DNA of 64,000 bases, taken from contig CAVXPZ010000001.1 in NCBI GenBank assembly GCA_963763775.1, positions 32,001-96,000 on the forward strand, written 5' to 3'. Below are positions 1-15,324 of the stretch, piece by piece; position 1 is the stretch's first letter; each line of letters opens with the position of its first letter. A program made the position numbers and the translations under genes. The notes below the pieces were generated by a model, which was not told the origin of the DNA, did not search any database, and saw nothing but the letters and a program-made list of their open reading frames with translations. Origin of the DNA: an uncultured Chloroflexia bacterium (GTDB taxonomy: Bacteria > Chloroflexota > Limnocylindria > Limnocylindrales > CSP1-4).

Positions 1-2071
1 GATCGGCCTGTTCGACATCGAGATCCCGAAGGACAAGGCGGCCCGCCTGACGGCCGCGGACGACTCCGTCCTCGCCATCGACAAGCAGTTCCAGCGCGGC
101 CTCATCACCGAGGACGAGCGGTACGAGCAGGTCGTCGGCGTCTGGCAGGAGACCACCGCCAGGATGTCGGACGAGATGATGAAGTCGCTGGACCCGACGG
201 GCCCGGTGACGATGATGACCGCCTCGGGCGCCCGCGGGAACAAGGGCAACATCGGCCAGCTGGGCGCGATGCGCGGCCTGATGGCCGACCCGTCCGGCCG
301 GATCATCGACGTGCCCGTGCGGAGCAACTTCCGCGAGGGCATGACGGTCCTCGAGTACTTCATCTCGACCCACGGCGCCCGCAAGGGCCTCGCCGACACC
401 GCGCTGCGCACCGCGGACTCCGGGTACCTGACCCGGCGCCTCGTGGACGTGGCCCAGGACGTCATCACCCGCGAGGACGACTGCGGCACCGAGGAGGGGA
501 GCTGGATCATCCGGAGCGAGTCGAGCGAGGAGACGGGCGCCTTCCAGCGTCGTCTCGTCGGCCGCCTCGTGGCCGCGTCCCTCCCGGACCCCACCGTCAA
601 GACGAAGAAGGGCGACGAGCCCGTCCTGCTCATCGAGCGCAACGAGGCGATCGACGAGGAGCTGGCCGCCCGGATCGACGCCGCCGGCGTCGACGAGGTG
701 CTGGTCCGCTCACCCCTCACCTGCGAGGCCCGCTACGGCGTCTGCCGGGCGTGCTACGGCCGCAACCTCGCCACCGGCGAGATGGTCGGCTCGGGTGAGG
801 CGGTCGGCATCATCGCCGCCCAGTCCATCGGCGAGCCCGGCACGCAGCTGACGATGCGGACGTTCCATACCGGCGGCGTCGCCGGCCTGGACATCACCGC
901 CGGCCTGCCGCGCGTCGAGGAGCTGTTCGAGGCCCGGATCCCCAAGGGCAAGGCCGAGATCAGCCACATCGACGGGATCGTCGAGATCATCCGCGGCGAC
1001 GGGCCGACGAAGGTCAAGGTCATCTCGACCGAGGTCTACGACACGTCCCTGGGCATCCCGCCCAAGTCGGAGATGCTCGCGGCGCCCGGCGACCTGGTCG
1101 AGCTCGGCCAGGTCCTGGCCCGGGTCGAGGCCGACGGGGCGACGACCGACGTCGCGTCTCCGGTCAAGGGGTTCCTCGTCAAGGAGAAGGACGGGCTCGT
1201 CGTTCGCGCCGAGGACGTCGTCGAGCGCGAGTACCTCATCCCGCACAACGCCAAGATCCTCGTCGACAACGGCCAGGAGATCCGGGCGGGCGACGCCATC
1301 ACCGATGGCCCGATCAACCCGCAGGAGTACCTCGACACCCGGGGCAAGGATGCCGTCCAGCGGTACCTCGTCAAGGAGGTCCAGAAGGTCTACCGGAGCC
1401 AGGGCGTCACGATCAACGACAAGCACATCGAGATCATCGTCCGGCAGATGCTCCGCAAGGTCCGCATCGATCAGCCGGGTGACATCGACATGCTGCCGAC
1501 GGAACTCGTCGACCGCCTCGAGTTCGAAGAGGACAACAACCGTGTCCTGTCGGAGGGTGGCGAGCCGGCGACGGCCCAGACCGTCCTGCTCGGCGTGACC
1601 AAGGCCTCCCTCAATACCTCGAGCTTCCTCGCCGCGGCCTCCTTCCAGGAGACGACCCGGGTGCTCACCGAGGCCGCCATCAACGGCGCCAAGGACCACC
1701 TGATCGGGCTCAAGGAGAACGTCATCATCGGCAAGCTCATCCCCGCTGGGACGGGCGCGCCGGCGAACGTGGCCGCACGCAAGGAGCGCGAGCGACGGGC
1801 TGCCCTCGAGGCGCTCGCCGGCGAGGCCCTTGACGACCTCGGCAGCGAGTACAACCCGTTCCTCGAGGGCGGCGAAGGCCGCGCCCCGGACGACGACGCC
1901 ACCGATCTCGCGCTCGCCGCGACGATCGCGGGCGGCTCGGACGAGGACGACCTCGCCAACCCGTTCCTCGCCGCCGACGACTCGGACGAGGCCGCGGTCT
2001 CCGACGAGGCGCTCGCCGTCTCGTTCGCGGCCGGTGCCGATGCCGGAGCCGAGGCCGTCGAGAAGGACTGA
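1..2071 (+). CDS. rpoC: DNA-directed RNA polymerase subunit beta' (5'-truncated by window)
   Basis: Bridge helix [27 protein letters not shown], trigger loop [26 protein letters not shown]; frame is open from base 2. Confidence 0.99.
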   Translation, partial: IGLFDIEIPKDKAARLTAADDSVLAIDKQFQRGLITEDERYEQVVGVWQETTARMSDEMMKSLDPTGPVTMMTASGARGNKGNIGQLGAMRGLMADPSGRIIDVPVRSNFREGMTVLEYFISTHGARKGLADTALRTADSGYLTRRLVDVAQDVITREDDCGTEEGSWIIRSESSEETGAFQRRLVGRLVAASLPDPTVKTKKGDEPVLLIERNEAIDEELAARIDAAGVDEVLVRSPLTCEARYGVCRACYGRNLATGEMVGSGEAVGIIAAQSIGEPGTQLTMRTFHTGGVAGLDITAGLPRVEELFEARIPKGKAEISHIDGIVEIIRGDGPTKVKVISTEVYDTSLGIPPKSEMLAAPGDLVELGQVLARVEADGATTDVASPVKGFLVKEKDGLVVRAEDVVEREYLIPHNAKILVDNGQEIRAGDAITDGPINPQEYLDTRGKDAVQRYLVKEVQKVYRSQGVTINDKHIEIIVRQMLRKVRIDQPGDIDMLPTELVDRLEFEEDNNRVLSEGGEPATAQTVLLGVTKASLNTSSFLAAASFQETTRVLTEAAINGAKDHLIGLKENVIIGKLIPAGTGAPANVAARKERERRAALEALAGEALDDLGSEYNPFLEGGEGRAPDDDATDLALAATIAGGSDEDDLANPFLAADDSDEAAVSDEALAVSFAAGADAGAEAVEKD

Positions 2072-2112
2072 ATCGGGGTCCTCGGGACCCACCCGGGCGG
2101 CTCGGCGCACGT

Positions 2113-2142
2113 TTGACACGCGTTCCGAGCCGCTGATAGACT
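2113..2142 (+). promoter_or_regulatory. sigma70-type promoter of str operon
   Basis: TTGACA-18 nt-TAGACT with TG extended -10, upstream of rpsL. Confidence 0.65.
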
Positions 2143-2325
2143 CCGCCTTCGTGGCCTCGGGAGGGGTCCGCCAGCGGCGTGCGCGCCGGGACCGCCAGAC
2201 CACACATCGGAACAGCCTGAAACGACCCCCGCCGGAGTCCCCCAGGACCCCGGCGCCGACGGGCCGTCCGGTCCTTCGTGACCGACCACTCGACTCGACC
2301 ACCGACCGAAAGGAGCAGCGTCTTC

Positions 2326-2754
2326 GTGCCGACGATCAGCCAGCTCGTGCGTCACGGGCGCCAGCGCAAGATCTCCAAGATCAAGGCGCCGGCCATGCGC
2401 AAGAACTGGAACAGCCTGCGACAGCGCCAGGTCTCGATCCCCGGCGCCCCCCAGAAGCGGGGTGTGTGTCTGCAGGTCCGGACGATGACGCCCAAGAAGC
2501 CGAACTCGGCGCTGCGCAAGATCGCGCGCGTGCGGCTCACGAACCAGATGGAGGTCACGGCCTACATCCCCGGGATCGGCCACAACCTCCAGGAGCACTC
2601 GGTCGTCCTCGTGCGCGGCGGGCGCGTGAAGGACCTCCCGTCGGTGAAGTACCACATCATCCGCGGCACCCTCGACGCCGCCGGCGTGCGCGACCGCAAG
2701 CAGGGTCGCAGCAAGTACGGCGCGAAGGCCGCCGGCAAGCCAGGGGCTCGCTGA
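2326..2754 (+). CDS. rpsL: 30S ribosomal protein S12
   Basis: [27 protein letters not shown]; GTG start after AAAGGAG. Confidence 0.98.
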   Translation: MPTISQLVRHGRQRKISKIKAPAMRKNWNSLRQRQVSIPGAPQKRGVCLQVRTMTPKKPNSALRKIARVRLTNQMEVTAYIPGIGHNLQEHSVVLVRGGRVKDLPSVKYHIIRGTLDAAGVRDRKQGRSKYGAKAAGKPGAR

Positions 2755-2755
2755 G

Positions 2756-3223
2756 ATGCCGCGTCGTACCAGCATCCCGCGCAAGTCCAAGTACGAGACG
2801 GTCCCGGCCAACCGGATGACCGCGCGGTTCTCGGCCAAGCTCATGAAGGGCGGCAAGCAGAACCTCGCGGAGCGGATCCTGCGCCAGGCCCTCGCCCGGG
2901 CCGAGGCCCAGGCCGGCCGGCCCGGCCTCGAGATCCTCGAGGCGGCGATGCGCAACGCCACCCCCATCATCGAAGTCAAGCCGCGCCGCGTCGGTGGCGC
3001 GACGTATCAGGTCCCGGTCGAGATCCGGGGCGACCGCCGCATGTCGCTCGGTGTCCGCTGGCTCGTCCAGTCGGCCCGCAAGCGCAACGGCAAGAGCATG
3101 AGCGAGAAGCTGGCCTCCGAGCTCGTCGACGCCATGAACGGCCTCGGCGCGGCGGTCAAGCGACGAGAAGACACGCACAAGATGGCGGAGGCCAACAAGG
3201 CCTTCAGCCATTTCAAGTGGTAG
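2756..3223 (+). CDS. rpsG: 30S ribosomal protein S7
   Basis: [30 protein letters not shown]. Confidence 0.98.
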   Translation: MPRRTSIPRKSKYETVPANRMTARFSAKLMKGGKQNLAERILRQALARAEAQAGRPGLEILEAAMRNATPIIEVKPRRVGGATYQVPVEIRGDRRMSLGVRWLVQSARKRNGKSMSEKLASELVDAMNGLGAAVKRREDTHKMAEANKAFSHFKW

Positions 3224-3244
3224 ACGCGGGAGCTTAGGAAGACC

Positions 3245-5321
<2,077 letters not shown>

Positions 5322-5343
5322 GCAGGAGTCGGGAGCAGCCACG

Positions 5344-6540
<1,197 letters not shown>

Positions 6541-6547
6541 GGACGAC

Positions 6548-6856
6548 ATGGCGAAGCAGCGGATCAGGATCCGCCTCAAGGCCTACGATCACCGCCTGCT
6601 GGATCAGTCGGCGGCCCAGATCGTGGAAACGGCCCAGCGGACCGGCGCGGACGTCGTCGGCCCCGTGCCGCTGCCGACGCGGATCGAGAAATTCACCGTC
6701 ATCCGGTCGCCGTTCATCGACAAGGACAGCCGGGAGCAGTTCGAGATCCGCACGCACAAGCGGCTCGTGGACATCCTGGACCCCTCGTCGAAGACCGTCG
6801 ACGCCCTGATGCGACTCTCGCTGGCTGCGGGCGTCGACATCGAGATCAAGATGTAA
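6548..6856 (+). CDS. rpsJ: 30S ribosomal protein S10
   Basis: [29 protein letters not shown]. Confidence 0.98.
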   Translation: MAKQRIRIRLKAYDHRLLDQSAAQIVETAQRTGADVVGPVPLPTRIEKFTVIRSPFIDKDSREQFEIRTHKRLVDILDPSSKTVDALMRLSLAAGVDIEIKM

Positions 6857-7467
6857 TGAGCATCGGATTGATCGGCCGCAAGGTCGGCGTGACCCAGGTC
6901 TTCCAGGACGACGGCACGATGGTGGCCGTGTCCGTGGTCGCGATCGAGCCCAACACCGTGACCCGGGTGCGCACGACCGCGCGCGACGGCTATACCGCCG
7001 TGCAGCTCGGCACCGAGGTCGTCAAGAAGCTGACCAAGCCCGAGGCGGGCCAGCTCAAGGACCTCCCCAAGGTCAAGACCATCCGGGAGTTCCGCGTCGA
7101 CGACGTCGACAGCTACGAGGTCGGGCAGACGGTCGCGATCGGCGACCTCTTCGCCGAGGGCGAGCTCGTGGACGTCACGGGCGTGTCCAAGGGCAAGGGC
7201 TTCGCCGGCCACATCAAGCGCCACAACTTCCACCGCGGCCCCAAGTCGCACGGCTCGGACCATCATCGCGAACCCGGGTCGATCGGCCCGGGCACGACCC
7301 CCGGTCGTGTCTATCGCGGCCTGAAGATGGCCGGCCACATGGGCGACGAGCGGGTCACCATCAAGAAGGTGCGCGTCGTGCGCACCGACCTCGAGCGCAA
7401 CCTGCTCCTCGTCAAGGGGACCCTCCCCGGCGCGCGCGGCTCGTTGATCCTCGTGAAGAAGGCCTGA
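6856..7467 (+). CDS. rplC: 50S ribosomal protein L3
   Basis: [30 protein letters not shown]; synteny. Confidence 0.98.
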   Translation: MSIGLIGRKVGVTQVFQDDGTMVAVSVVAIEPNTVTRVRTTARDGYTAVQLGTEVVKKLTKPEAGQLKDLPKVKTIREFRVDDVDSYEVGQTVAIGDLFAEGELVDVTGVSKGKGFAGHIKRHNFHRGPKSHGSDHHREPGSIGPGTTPGRVYRGLKMAGHMGDERVTIKKVRVVRTDLERNLLLVKGTLPGARGSLILVKKA

Positions 7468-7471
7468 CACG

Positions 7472-8119
7472 ATGCCGCAGACCAATCTGTACGACCGGAC
7501 GGGCAAGACCGTCGGCAGCGTGGAGCTCAGCGATGCGCTCTTCGCCGCGCCGGTGAATGCCGCCGTCCTCCACCAGGTCGTGACCGCCCAGCTCGCCGGT
7601 CGCCGGACCGGCACCGCCGACACCAAGACCCGCGGCGAGGTCCGCGGCGGCGGCAGGAAGCCGTACCGCCAGAAGGGGACCGGTCGCGCACGACAGGGCT
7701 CCATCAGCGCCCCGCACTACCGTGGCGGCGGCGTCGTGTTCGGCCCGCACCCGCGCTCGTACGAGCAGCGGCTGCCGCGCAAGATGAAGCGCCTCGCGCT
7801 CCGCGGCGCGCTGACGGCCAAGTTCAGCGACGACGCGATCAAGGTCATCGACACCTTCGGGCTCGACGGCATCAAGACCAAGGACCTCGTCGGCGTGCTC
7901 GGCGCGCTCCAGGCGACGGGTCGGGTCCTCGTGGTCGCCCCCGCGCGCGACGAGCGGCTCGAGCTGTCGGCCAGGAACCTGCCGACCGTCGAGGTCATCC
8001 TCGCGGACTCGCTCAACGTCGTCGAGCTGCTGAAGGCGGACGTCGTGCTCATCGAGCAGCCCGCGCTCGCGCGGATGGACTCGGTGTACGGCGGCGCGGC
8101 GACGGAGGTGGTCGCATGA
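7472..8119 (+). CDS. rplD: 50S ribosomal protein L4
   Basis: [27 protein letters not shown]. Confidence 0.98.
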   Translation: MPQTNLYDRTGKTVGSVELSDALFAAPVNAAVLHQVVTAQLAGRRTGTADTKTRGEVRGGGRKPYRQKGTGRARQGSISAPHYRGGGVVFGPHPRSYEQRLPRKMKRLALRGALTAKFSDDAIKVIDTFGLDGIKTKDLVGVLGALQATGRVLVVAPARDERLELSARNLPTVEVILADSLNVVELLKADVVLIEQPALARMDSVYGGAATEVVA

Positions 8120-8430
8120 GCGCCCTGACCGCGCCGGAGATCATCCTGCGCCCCGTCATCAGCGAGAAGTCGATCGACGAGTCCGGTCGCGGCAAGTACA
8201 CCTTCGCCGTCCACCGCGAGGCCAACAAGATCCAGATCAAGGCCGCCGTCGAGGAGCTCTACAAGAAGGAGAACGTGACGGTCGTCGCCGTCAACGTCCT
8301 CACGACCAAGGCCAAGGAGAAGCGCCGCGGCACGCGGCGCGGCCGGATCGTCGGTCACACCACGGCTTGGCGCAAGGCCATCGTCACCCTGGCCCCCGGC
8401 CAGAAGATCGAATTCTTCGAGGGGGTGTAG
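8116..8430 (+). CDS. rplW: 50S ribosomal protein L23
   Basis: [19 protein letters not shown]; synteny. Confidence 0.97.
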   Translation: MSALTAPEIILRPVISEKSIDESGRGKYTFAVHREANKIQIKAAVEELYKKENVTVVAVNVLTTKAKEKRRGTRRGRIVGHTTAWRKAIVTLAPGQKIEFFEGV

Positions 8431-8432
8431 GC

Positions 8433-9260
8433 ATGCCGCTCCGAAGCTACAAGCCCACGTCGCCCGGGCTCCGGCAGATGACTCGCTCGACCTTCGAGGA
8501 GATCACCACCAAGGAGCCGTACAAGCCCCTGCTCGAAGCCCAGATCCGCGGCTCCGGCCGCAACAACCAGGGCCGGATCTCCGTCCGCCATCGCGGCGGC
8601 GGGGAGAAGCAGCACTACCGCAAGATCGACTTCAAGCGCGACAAGCTGAGCGTCCCGGCGCGCCTCGCGACGATCGAGTACGACCCGAACCGCTCCGCGC
8701 GGATCGGCCTGCTCCATTACCGCGACGGCGAGAAGCGCTACATGCTCCTGCCGCACGGCCTCAAGGTGGGTGACATCGTCGTCGCCGGCCCGGATGCCGA
8801 GGCGCGCGTCGGCAATGCGCTGCCCCTGGCGAACATCCCGCTCGGCACGACCATCCACAACATCGAGCTGGTCCCCGGCAAGGGCGGCCAGATCGTCCGG
8901 TCCGCCGGCACGGCTGCGCAGCTCCTGGCCAAGGAGGGCGACTACGCCACCGTCCGACTCCCGTCGGGCGAGATGCGCCGCGTCCCGATGCGCTGCATGG
9001 CGACCGTCGGCCAGGTGAGCAACCTCGATCACGACAACGAGAACCTCGGCAAGGCCGGCCGGGCCCGGCATCTCGGGCAGCGGCCCGAGGTCCGAGGCGT
9101 CGTCATGAATCCACGTGACCATCCGCACGGCGGTGGTGAGGGCAAGTCCCCGACCGGGATGCCGCCCAAGACCCCGTGGGGCAAGCCCGCCATGGGCTAT
9201 CGCACCCGGCGGTCGAAGACGACCGGACGACTCATCGTCCGATCGCGGCATCGCAAGTAG
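8433..9260 (+). CDS. rplB: 50S ribosomal protein L2
   Basis: [30 protein letters not shown]. Confidence 0.98.
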   Translation: MPLRSYKPTSPGLRQMTRSTFEEITTKEPYKPLLEAQIRGSGRNNQGRISVRHRGGGEKQHYRKIDFKRDKLSVPARLATIEYDPNRSARIGLLHYRDGEKRYMLLPHGLKVGDIVVAGPDAEARVGNALPLANIPLGTTIHNIELVPGKGGQIVRSAGTAAQLLAKEGDYATVRLPSGEMRRVPMRCMATVGQVSNLDHDNENLGKAGRARHLGQRPEVRGVVMNPRDHPHGGGEGKSPTGMPPKTPWGKPAMGYRTRRSKTTGRLIVRSRHRK

Positions 9261-9277
9261 CGGGGAGGTAGGAGCTG

Positions 9278-9562
9278 ATGTCCCGTTCAGTCAAGAAGGG
9301 TCCTTTCGTCGAGGCCCGCCTCCTCGGTCGCATCGAGGAGATGAACAAGCGAAGCGAGAAGAAGGTCGTCAAGACCTGGTCGCGCGCGTCGGTCATCTTC
9401 CCGACGTTCATCGGCCACACGATCGCTGTCTACAACGGCAAGAAGCACGTCCCGGTCTACGTGACCGAGAACATGGTCGGCCATCGCCTTGGTGAGTTCA
9501 GCCCGACCCGCAACTATCGCGGGCACGGGAAGCACACCGAGCGGTCCGCGGCGCTGAAGTAG
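9278..9562 (+). CDS. rpsS: 30S ribosomal protein S19
   Basis: [24 protein letters not shown]. Confidence 0.98.
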   Translation: MSRSVKKGPFVEARLLGRIEEMNKRSEKKVVKTWSRASVIFPTFIGHTIAVYNGKKHVPVYVTENMVGHRLGEFSPTRNYRGHGKHTERSAALK

Positions 9563-9575
9563 GAGCGAGCCGACC

Positions 9576-9914
9576 GTGCGTGTTTCCGCCACCGCCAAGT
9601 ACCTTCGCGGCTCGACCCGCAAGACCCGACTGGTCACCCAGGCCATCAAGGGCAAGCCCGTCGAGGAAGCCGCGGCACTGCTCAAGTTCATGCCGCAGTA
9701 CGCGGCCCGTGACGTCGCGCGCGTCCTCAAGAGCGCGACGGCCAATGCCGAGAACAACCACAACCTGTCGGCGGAGGACCTCATCGTCTTCGATGCGGTC
9801 GCCGACGAGGGTCCGACGATCAAGCGGTTCCAGCCGCGAGCGCAGGGTCGGGCGTTCCCGATCCACAAGCCCATGACGCACATCACGATCGTCGTCGCGG
9901 ACCAGGAGGCCTGA
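9576..9914 (+). CDS. rplV: 50S ribosomal protein L22
   Basis: SATANAENN, GPTIKRFQPRAQGRA. Confidence 0.97.
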   Translation: MRVSATAKYLRGSTRKTRLVTQAIKGKPVEEAAALLKFMPQYAARDVARVLKSATANAENNHNLSAEDLIVFDAVADEGPTIKRFQPRAQGRAFPIHKPMTHITIVVADQEA

Positions 9915-9915
9915 T

Positions 9916-10599
9916 ATGGGACACAAGGTCCATCCGTACGGCTTCCGCCTGGGTGTCTCGCGCACCTGGACCGCGAAGTGGTACGCGGATGACAAGGAAT
10001 ACACGTCCTCCCTCAAGGAGGACATCAAGATCCGCCAGCTCATCGATCGCCGGCTGGCCAACGCCAGCGTCAGCGGCGTCGAGGTCGAGCGCGGCATCAA
10101 CCACGTGACGGTCACGATCCACACCGCCAAGCCGGGCATCGTCATCGGCAAGGGCGGGGCCAACGTGGAAGTGCTCCGCCAGCAGGTCGGCGCGCTCACG
10201 GACCGCAAGGTCAAGCTGGAGATCAAGGAGATCCGCCAGCCGGAGCTCGACGCGTACCTCGTCGCCATGAACATCGCCGGGCAGCTGAGCCGCCGCATCG
10301 CCTTCAAGAAGGCGATGAAGCAGGCCATCCAGCGCTCGATGAAGGCCGGCGCCAAGGGCGTGAAGATCGCCGTCGCGGGGCGCCTCGGCGGCTCCGAGAT
10401 GGGCCGTCGCGAGTGGGACAAGGAAGGCCGCATCCCGCTCGGGACGCTCCGTGCCGACATCAGCTACGGCCAGGTCCACGCCCACACGACCTACGGTCGG
10501 ATCGGCGTGAAGGTCTGGATCTACCGCGGCGACATCGCCCCCGAGCGGACGCCCGCGCGCGACCTGAACGTCCCGGCCCCGGCCGGGCAGGGGGCCTGA
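9916..10599 (+). CDS. rpsC: 30S ribosomal protein S3
   Basis: [15 protein letters not shown] motif [21 protein letters not shown]. Confidence 0.98.
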   Translation: MGHKVHPYGFRLGVSRTWTAKWYADDKEYTSSLKEDIKIRQLIDRRLANASVSGVEVERGINHVTVTIHTAKPGIVIGKGGANVEVLRQQVGALTDRKVKLEIKEIRQPELDAYLVAMNIAGQLSRRIAFKKAMKQAIQRSMKAGAKGVKIAVAGRLGGSEMGRREWDKEGRIPLGTLRADISYGQVHAHTTYGRIGVKVWIYRGDIAPERTPARDLNVPAPAGQGA

Positions 10600-10602
10600 G
10601 CC

Positions 10603-11025
10603 ATGCTGATGCCGAAGCGGGTCAAGCACCGCAAGGTCATGCGCGGCCGGATGTCCGGCGTCGCCAAGGGCGGCCACACGGTCGCATTCGGCGAGTACGG
10701 CCTGGCCACGCAGGAACCCGCCTGGATCACCAGCCGCCAGATCGAGGCCGCACGACGCGCGATGACCCGCTCGGTCAAGCGCGGCGGCAAGATCTGGATC
10801 CGGATCTTCCCGGACAAGCCGGCGACCAAGAAGCCTGCCGAGACCCGGATGGGCTCGGGCAAGGGCGCACCCGACCATTGGGTCGCGGTGGTCAAGCCCG
10901 GCCGGATCCTGTTCGAGATGGCCGGCGTCGATCACGACTCGGCGATCGAGGCGATGCGCCTCGCGAGCCACAAGCTTCCGGTCGCCACGCGCGTGGTCGT
11001 CCGCGAAGGCGCGAAGGAGGCTTGA
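10603..11025 (+). CDS. rplP: 50S ribosomal protein L16
   Basis: [20 protein letters not shown]. Confidence 0.98.
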   Translation: MLMPKRVKHRKVMRGRMSGVAKGGHTVAFGEYGLATQEPAWITSRQIEAARRAMTRSVKRGGKIWIRIFPDKPATKKPAETRMGSGKGAPDHWVAVVKPGRILFEMAGVDHDSAIEAMRLASHKLPVATRVVVREGAKEA

Positions 11026-11028
11026 CCG

Positions 11029-11229
11029 ATGGATATCGACAAGGCCCGCGCGCTGTCCGACGCGGAGCTCGAGCAGGCGCTGCGCGACGCGAAGCAGGAC
11101 CTGTGGGGCGCGCGATTCGCGCTCTCCACCCGACAACTGAAGGACTTCAGCACGATCCCGCAGACGCGGCGAACGATCGCGCGGATCCTGACCGTCCAGC
11201 GCGAGCGCAAGCTCGGCCGGACGGCGTGA
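11029..11229 (+). CDS. rpmC: 50S ribosomal protein L29
   Basis: 66 aa helical protein, [10 protein letters not shown]; lies between rplP and rpsQ. Confidence 0.95.
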   Translation: MDIDKARALSDAELEQALRDAKQDLWGARFALSTRQLKDFSTIPQTRRTIARILTVQRERKLGRTA

Positions 11230-11242
11230 GGGAGATCACGCG

Positions 11243-11650
11243 ATGACAGGAGCGAACACCCACGTGCAAGGGCAGCGGAAGACGAAGGTCGGCCGCGTGG
11301 TCAGCGACAAGATGGACAAGACGATCGTCGTGTCCGTCGAGCGGCTGGCGCGCCACCGGCTGTACAAGCGGGTCATCCGCTTGACGACGAAATTCAAGGC
11401 GCACGATGAGGCCAACGACGCCCACATCGGCGACACCGTCCTCATCGAGGAGTCCCGGCCGTTGTCGGCGACGAAGCGCTGGCGGCTCGTCAGCGTGATC
11501 GCCCGCGCCGGCGAGCACGGGCTGCCCGGCGAGGCCGTGGTCGGCGAGGAAGACGCCACCTCGGAGGCGATCCATTCGTCCGCCCATCCCGGCCGTGACC
11601 GCGCGGCCGCCGAGGCCGAGGCCGCCGCGAGCGAGGAGGCCGGGTCGTGA
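11243..11650 (+). CDS. rpsQ: 30S ribosomal protein S17 with acidic C-terminal extension
   Basis: [25 protein letters not shown]. Confidence 0.97.
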   Translation: MTGANTHVQGQRKTKVGRVVSDKMDKTIVVSVERLARHRLYKRVIRLTTKFKAHDEANDAHIGDTVLIEESRPLSATKRWRLVSVIARAGEHGLPGEAVVGEEDATSEAIHSSAHPGRDRAAAEAEAAASEEAGS

Positions 11651-12015
11651 TCCAGTCGCAGACCCGCCTCAAGGTCGCCGACAACACCGGCGCTCGCACC
11701 ATCCAGTGCATCCGGGTCATGGGTCGGTCGCTCAAGACCGAGGCCGGCGTCGGCGACGTCATCGTGGCCAGCGTCAAGCAGGCCATCCCGAACGCCGCCG
11801 TCAAGAAGGGTGACGTCGTCCGCGCCGTCATCGTCCGCACGGCCAAGGAGTACGGCCGCCCGGACGGGAGCTACATCCGCTTCGACGAGAACGCGGCCGT
11901 CCTGATCAACAACCAGGGCAACCCGCGCGGCACGCGCATCTTCGGCCCGGTGGCGCGCGAGCTGCGCGACCGCAACTACATGAAGATCGTGTCGCTCGCC
12001 CCGGAGGTGCTGTGA
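11647..12015 (+). CDS. rplN: 50S ribosomal protein L14
   Basis: [28 protein letters not shown]. Confidence 0.98.
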   Translation: MIQSQTRLKVADNTGARTIQCIRVMGRSLKTEAGVGDVIVASVKQAIPNAAVKKGDVVRAVIVRTAKEYGRPDGSYIRFDENAAVLINNQGNPRGTRIFGPVARELRDRNYMKIVSLAPEVL

Positions 12016-12449
12016 TGGCCGTCCGGACCGAGACCCGGGGCACCAAGGTGCCCGAGATCCGCAAGGGCGACACCGTCGTCGTGCTCGCCGGCAAGGACGC
12101 CGGCAAGACCGGCAAGGTGGATCGCATCATCCGTCGCGAACCCGCCCAGGGCGGCCGCAGCATGTACCGGCGCGGTTCCGCGGCCGGTGGCGTGACCGTG
12201 GTCGTCGAGGGCGTCAACATCGCCAAGCGGCATACCAAGCCGCGACAGACCTCGAGCGCGACGGATCGCATGCCCAAGATCCAGCAGGGCGGGATCCTCG
12301 ACATCGCCCAGCCCATGCCCATCGGCAAGGTCATGGTCGTGTGCGGCAGCTGCCACAAGCCCACCCGGATCGGGCATCAGACGCTCGAGACCGGTCAGCG
12401 CGTGCGCGTCTGCAAGCACTGCGGCCAGCAGCTGGAGGTCAAGGCATGA
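12015..12449 (+). CDS. rplX: 50S ribosomal protein L24
   Basis: [32 protein letters not shown]; alternative GTG start at 12012. Confidence 0.96.
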   Translation: MAVRTETRGTKVPEIRKGDTVVVLAGKDAGKTGKVDRIIRREPAQGGRSMYRRGSAAGGVTVVVEGVNIAKRHTKPRQTSSATDRMPKIQQGGILDIAQPMPIGKVMVVCGSCHKPTRIGHQTLETGQRVRVCKHCGQQLEVKA

Positions 12450-12988
12450 CCGCCCGTCTGCAGGAGCGCTACACGGCCGAGGTCGTGCCCGCCCTCCAGA
12501 AGCAGTTCGAGTACGCGAACCCGAACCAGGTGCCGCGGCTCACGAAGATCGTCGTCAACATCGGCCTCGGCGAGGCGCTGTCGAACGCGAAGGCGCTCGA
12601 TGCGGCCCTCGGCGACCTCACGACCATCACGGGCCAGAAGCCCATCGTGACCAAGGCGAAGAAGTCGATCGCCCAGTTCCGCGTCCGGACGGGCAACTCG
12701 ATCGGCGCCAAGGTCACCCTCCGCGGCGAGCGGATGTGGGACTTCCTGGACCGGCTGACGTTGCTCGCCCTGCCGCGCATCCGCGACTTCCGGGGGATCC
12801 CCAGCAAGTCGTTCGATGGGCGGGGCAACTACTCCCTCGGGATGCGCGAGCAGCTCGCGTTCCCCGAGATCGACTACGACAAGGTGGACCGTCTCCGCGG
12901 GCTGGAGATCAGCATCGTGACGACGGCGAAGACCGACGAGGAGTCCAAGAAGCTTCTTGAACTCCTCGGCATGCCCTTCGCCTCGTAG
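12446..12988 (+). CDS. rplE: 50S ribosomal protein L5
   Basis: [29 protein letters not shown]. Confidence 0.98.
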   Translation: MTARLQERYTAEVVPALQKQFEYANPNQVPRLTKIVVNIGLGEALSNAKALDAALGDLTTITGQKPIVTKAKKSIAQFRVRTGNSIGAKVTLRGERMWDFLDRLTLLALPRIRDFRGIPSKSFDGRGNYSLGMREQLAFPEIDYDKVDRLRGLEISIVTTAKTDEESKKLLELLGMPFAS

Positions 12989-13005
12989 GCGCGGGGAGGA
13001 GACAG

Positions 13006-13191
13006 ATGGCCAAGAAGTCGATGGTCGCCAAGGCGGCCCGAACACCCAAGCACAAGGTCCGCGGGTATCACCGCTGTTTCGTGTGCGGTCGCCCGCGCGC
13101 GTACATGCGACGGTTCGCGCTCTGCCGCATCTGCTTCCGAGAGCGGGCGCTGCGCGGCGAGCTGCCCGGCGTCACCAAGTCGAGTTGGTAG
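13006..13191 (+). CDS. rpsZ: 30S ribosomal protein S14 type Z (zinc-binding)
   Basis: 61 aa, RCFVCGR...[16 protein letters not shown]. Confidence 0.97.
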   Translation: MAKKSMVAKAARTPKHKVRGYHRCFVCGRPRAYMRRFALCRICFRERALRGELPGVTKSSW

Positions 13192-13198
13192 GAACACG

Positions 13199-13597
13199 AT
13201 GAACATCTCCGATCCGATCGCGGACATGCTCACCCGGGTCCGGAACGCCTCGCGCGCCCGGCACACCGAGGTGGTCGTCCCGGCGTCGCGGACCAAGCGC
13301 GAGATCGCTCGCATCCTCAAGGACGAGGGCTTCATCGCCGACGTCACCGAGGAGCAGGACGGCTCCGCCGCGGTCCTCCGACTGACCCTCAAGTATGTCG
13401 ATGGCAAGGTCCCGGTCGTCTCCGGGCTCAAGCGCATCAGCAAGCCCGGCCTGCGGGTCTACGCCCGCAAGACGGACATCCCTCGGGTGCTGGGCGGCCT
13501 GGGCATCGTCATCGTCAGTACCAGCCAGGGCATCATGACCGGCCAGCAGGCGCGTCAGGCGCAGCTGGGCGGCGAAGTCCTCGCGTTCGTCTGGTAG
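13199..13597 (+). CDS. rpsH: 30S ribosomal protein S8
   Basis: [30 protein letters not shown]. Confidence 0.98.
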   Translation: MNISDPIADMLTRVRNASRARHTEVVVPASRTKREIARILKDEGFIADVTEEQDGSAAVLRLTLKYVDGKVPVVSGLKRISKPGLRVYARKTDIPRVLGGLGIVIVSTSQGIMTGQQARQAQLGGEVLAFVW

Positions 13598-13606
13598 GCG
13601 AGGACC

Positions 13607-14158
13607 ATGTCGCGTATCGGTCGTCTTCCCATCGCCGTCCCTGCCACGGTCGACGTGACCATCGACGGGCGCACGCTCACGGTCAAGGGCCCGAAGGGCA
13701 CCCTGACCCGGTCGTTGCACCCGGACATGTCGGTCACGCGCGAGGAGGCCACGCTCGTGGTCACCCGCCCGACCGAGCAGAAGACGCACAAGCAGCTGCA
13801 CGGGCTCACGCGGACCCTCGTGAACAACATGGTCATCGGGGTCAGTGACGGCTATCGCAAGGGGCTGGAGATCACCGGCGTCGGCTATCGAGCCGCGCTC
13901 AACGGTCGCAAGCTCCAGCTCAACCTGGGCTACAGCCACCCGATCGAGATCGACCCGCCCGAGGGCATCAGCTTCGAGGTCGAGACGCCCACGCGCCTCG
14001 CCGTCGTCGGGATCGACAAGGAGCTCGTCGGCCAGGTGGCCGCGACCGTCCGGTCGACCCGGAAGCCGGAGCCGTACAAGGGCAAGGGCGTCCGCTACGC
14101 GGGCGAGCAGATCCGCCGCAAGGCCGGCAAGGCCGGCAAGATCGGCGGCAAGAAGTGA
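13607..14158 (+). CDS. rplF: 50S ribosomal protein L6
   Basis: [20 protein letters not shown]. Confidence 0.98.
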   Translation: MSRIGRLPIAVPATVDVTIDGRTLTVKGPKGTLTRSLHPDMSVTREEATLVVTRPTEQKTHKQLHGLTRTLVNNMVIGVSDGYRKGLEITGVGYRAALNGRKLQLNLGYSHPIEIDPPEGISFEVETPTRLAVVGIDKELVGQVAATVRSTRKPEPYKGKGVRYAGEQIRRKAGKAGKIGGKK

Positions 14159-14186
14159 TCTCGAGCACCGACAAGGAACGAACACG

Positions 14187-14549
14187 ATGACGCAGGTCGC
14201 CAGTCGCGGCGCCGCCCGACGCAAGCGCCACGAACGGATCCGCCTTCACCTGACGGGGACCGAGCAGCGCCCGCGCCTCGCGGTCTTCCGCAGCCTCAAC
14301 CACATCTACGCCCAGGTCATCGACGACGCGTCCGGCCGGACGCTCGCCGCGGCATCGACCGTCGAGAAGGAGCTTCGCGGCTCCAAGTCGACCAAGTCGG
14401 AGGAGGCAGCCGTCGTCGGCCGCCTCATCGCCGAGCGAGCGAAGAAGGCGGGCGTCGGCCAGGTGGTCTTCGATCGAGCCGGGTTCCGGTACCACGGGCG
14501 GATCAAGTCGCTCGCCGATGCCGCCCGCGAAGCCGGCCTCGACTTCTGA
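14187..14549 (+). CDS. rplR: 50S ribosomal protein L18
   Basis: [41 protein letters not shown]. Confidence 0.97.
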   Translation: MTQVASRGAARRKRHERIRLHLTGTEQRPRLAVFRSLNHIYAQVIDDASGRTLAAASTVEKELRGSKSTKSEEAAVVGRLIAERAKKAGVGQVVFDRAGFRYHGRIKSLADAAREAGLDF

Positions 14550-14564
14550 TCGGAAGGAGCCAAC

Positions 14565-15104
14565 GTGGCACGCATCGACGCATCGAAACTCGCGCTCGAG
14601 GAGCGCGTCGTCCAGATCAACCGGGTCGCCAAGGTCGTCAAGGGCGGCCGGCGGTTCAGCTTCAGCGCGGTCGTCGTCGTCGGTGACGGCGCGGGCCACG
14701 TCGGCGCCGGACTCGGCAAGGCCGGCGAGGTCCCGGAGTCCATCCGGAAGGGCGTCGAGGACGCCAAGAAGAACGTGATCAAGATCCCGATGGTCGGCAC
14801 GACGATCCCCCACGAGGTGACCGTGCGGTTCGGCGCGAGCCGGGTGATGCTGAAGCCGGCCTCGCAGGGGACCGGCGTCATCGCGGGCGGTTCCGTCCGC
14901 GCCGTGCTCGAAGCGGCCGGCGTCCGCGACATCCTCTCGAAGACGTACGGGTCGACCAACCCGGTCAACGTCACGCGAGCCACGATCGAAGCGCTGCGTG
15001 AGCTGCACTCCGCCGAGGAGCTCAGCGCTCGTCGCGGCGTCCGACTCGTGAGCCGGATCGCGGGCCAGCCGGCGCCCGGCACGGAGGTGCGCGATGCCCG
15101 GTAA
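14565..15104 (+). CDS. rpsE: 30S ribosomal protein S5
   Basis: [24 protein letters not shown]. Confidence 0.98.
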   Translation: MARIDASKLALEERVVQINRVAKVVKGGRRFSFSAVVVVGDGAGHVGAGLGKAGEVPESIRKGVEDAKKNVIKIPMVGTTIPHEVTVRFGASRVMLKPASQGTGVIAGGSVRAVLEAAGVRDILSKTYGSTNPVNVTRATIEALRELHSAEELSARRGVRLVSRIAGQPAPGTEVRDAR

Positions 15105-15324
15105 GCTCAAGGTGACCCAGGTCCGCAGCGAGATCAGCCACATCAAGCGCAATCGCGCGACGGCGCGGGCCCTCGGCCTGCACGGGATCGGGAGCACCAG
15201 CATCATCACGGACAACCCCGCCACGCGCGGCATGGTCCGCCAGGTCCGCTTCCTCGTGACCGTCGAGGAGCTGGACGAGAACGGCAAGGCCGTGACCCCG
15301 GCGGCCGACGAGGACAAGGCATGA
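15094..15324 (+). CDS. rpmD: 50S ribosomal protein L30
   Basis: [20 protein letters not shown]; lies between rpsE and rplO. Confidence 0.93.
   Translation: MPGKLKVTQVRSEISHIKRNRATARALGLHGIGSTSIITDNPATRGMVRQVRFLVTVEELDENGKAVTPAADEDKA

Noticed and set aside
2076-2090. Hairpin after rpoC as an intrinsic terminator
   Set aside because: Only a 6-bp stem with no U-tract; insufficient support
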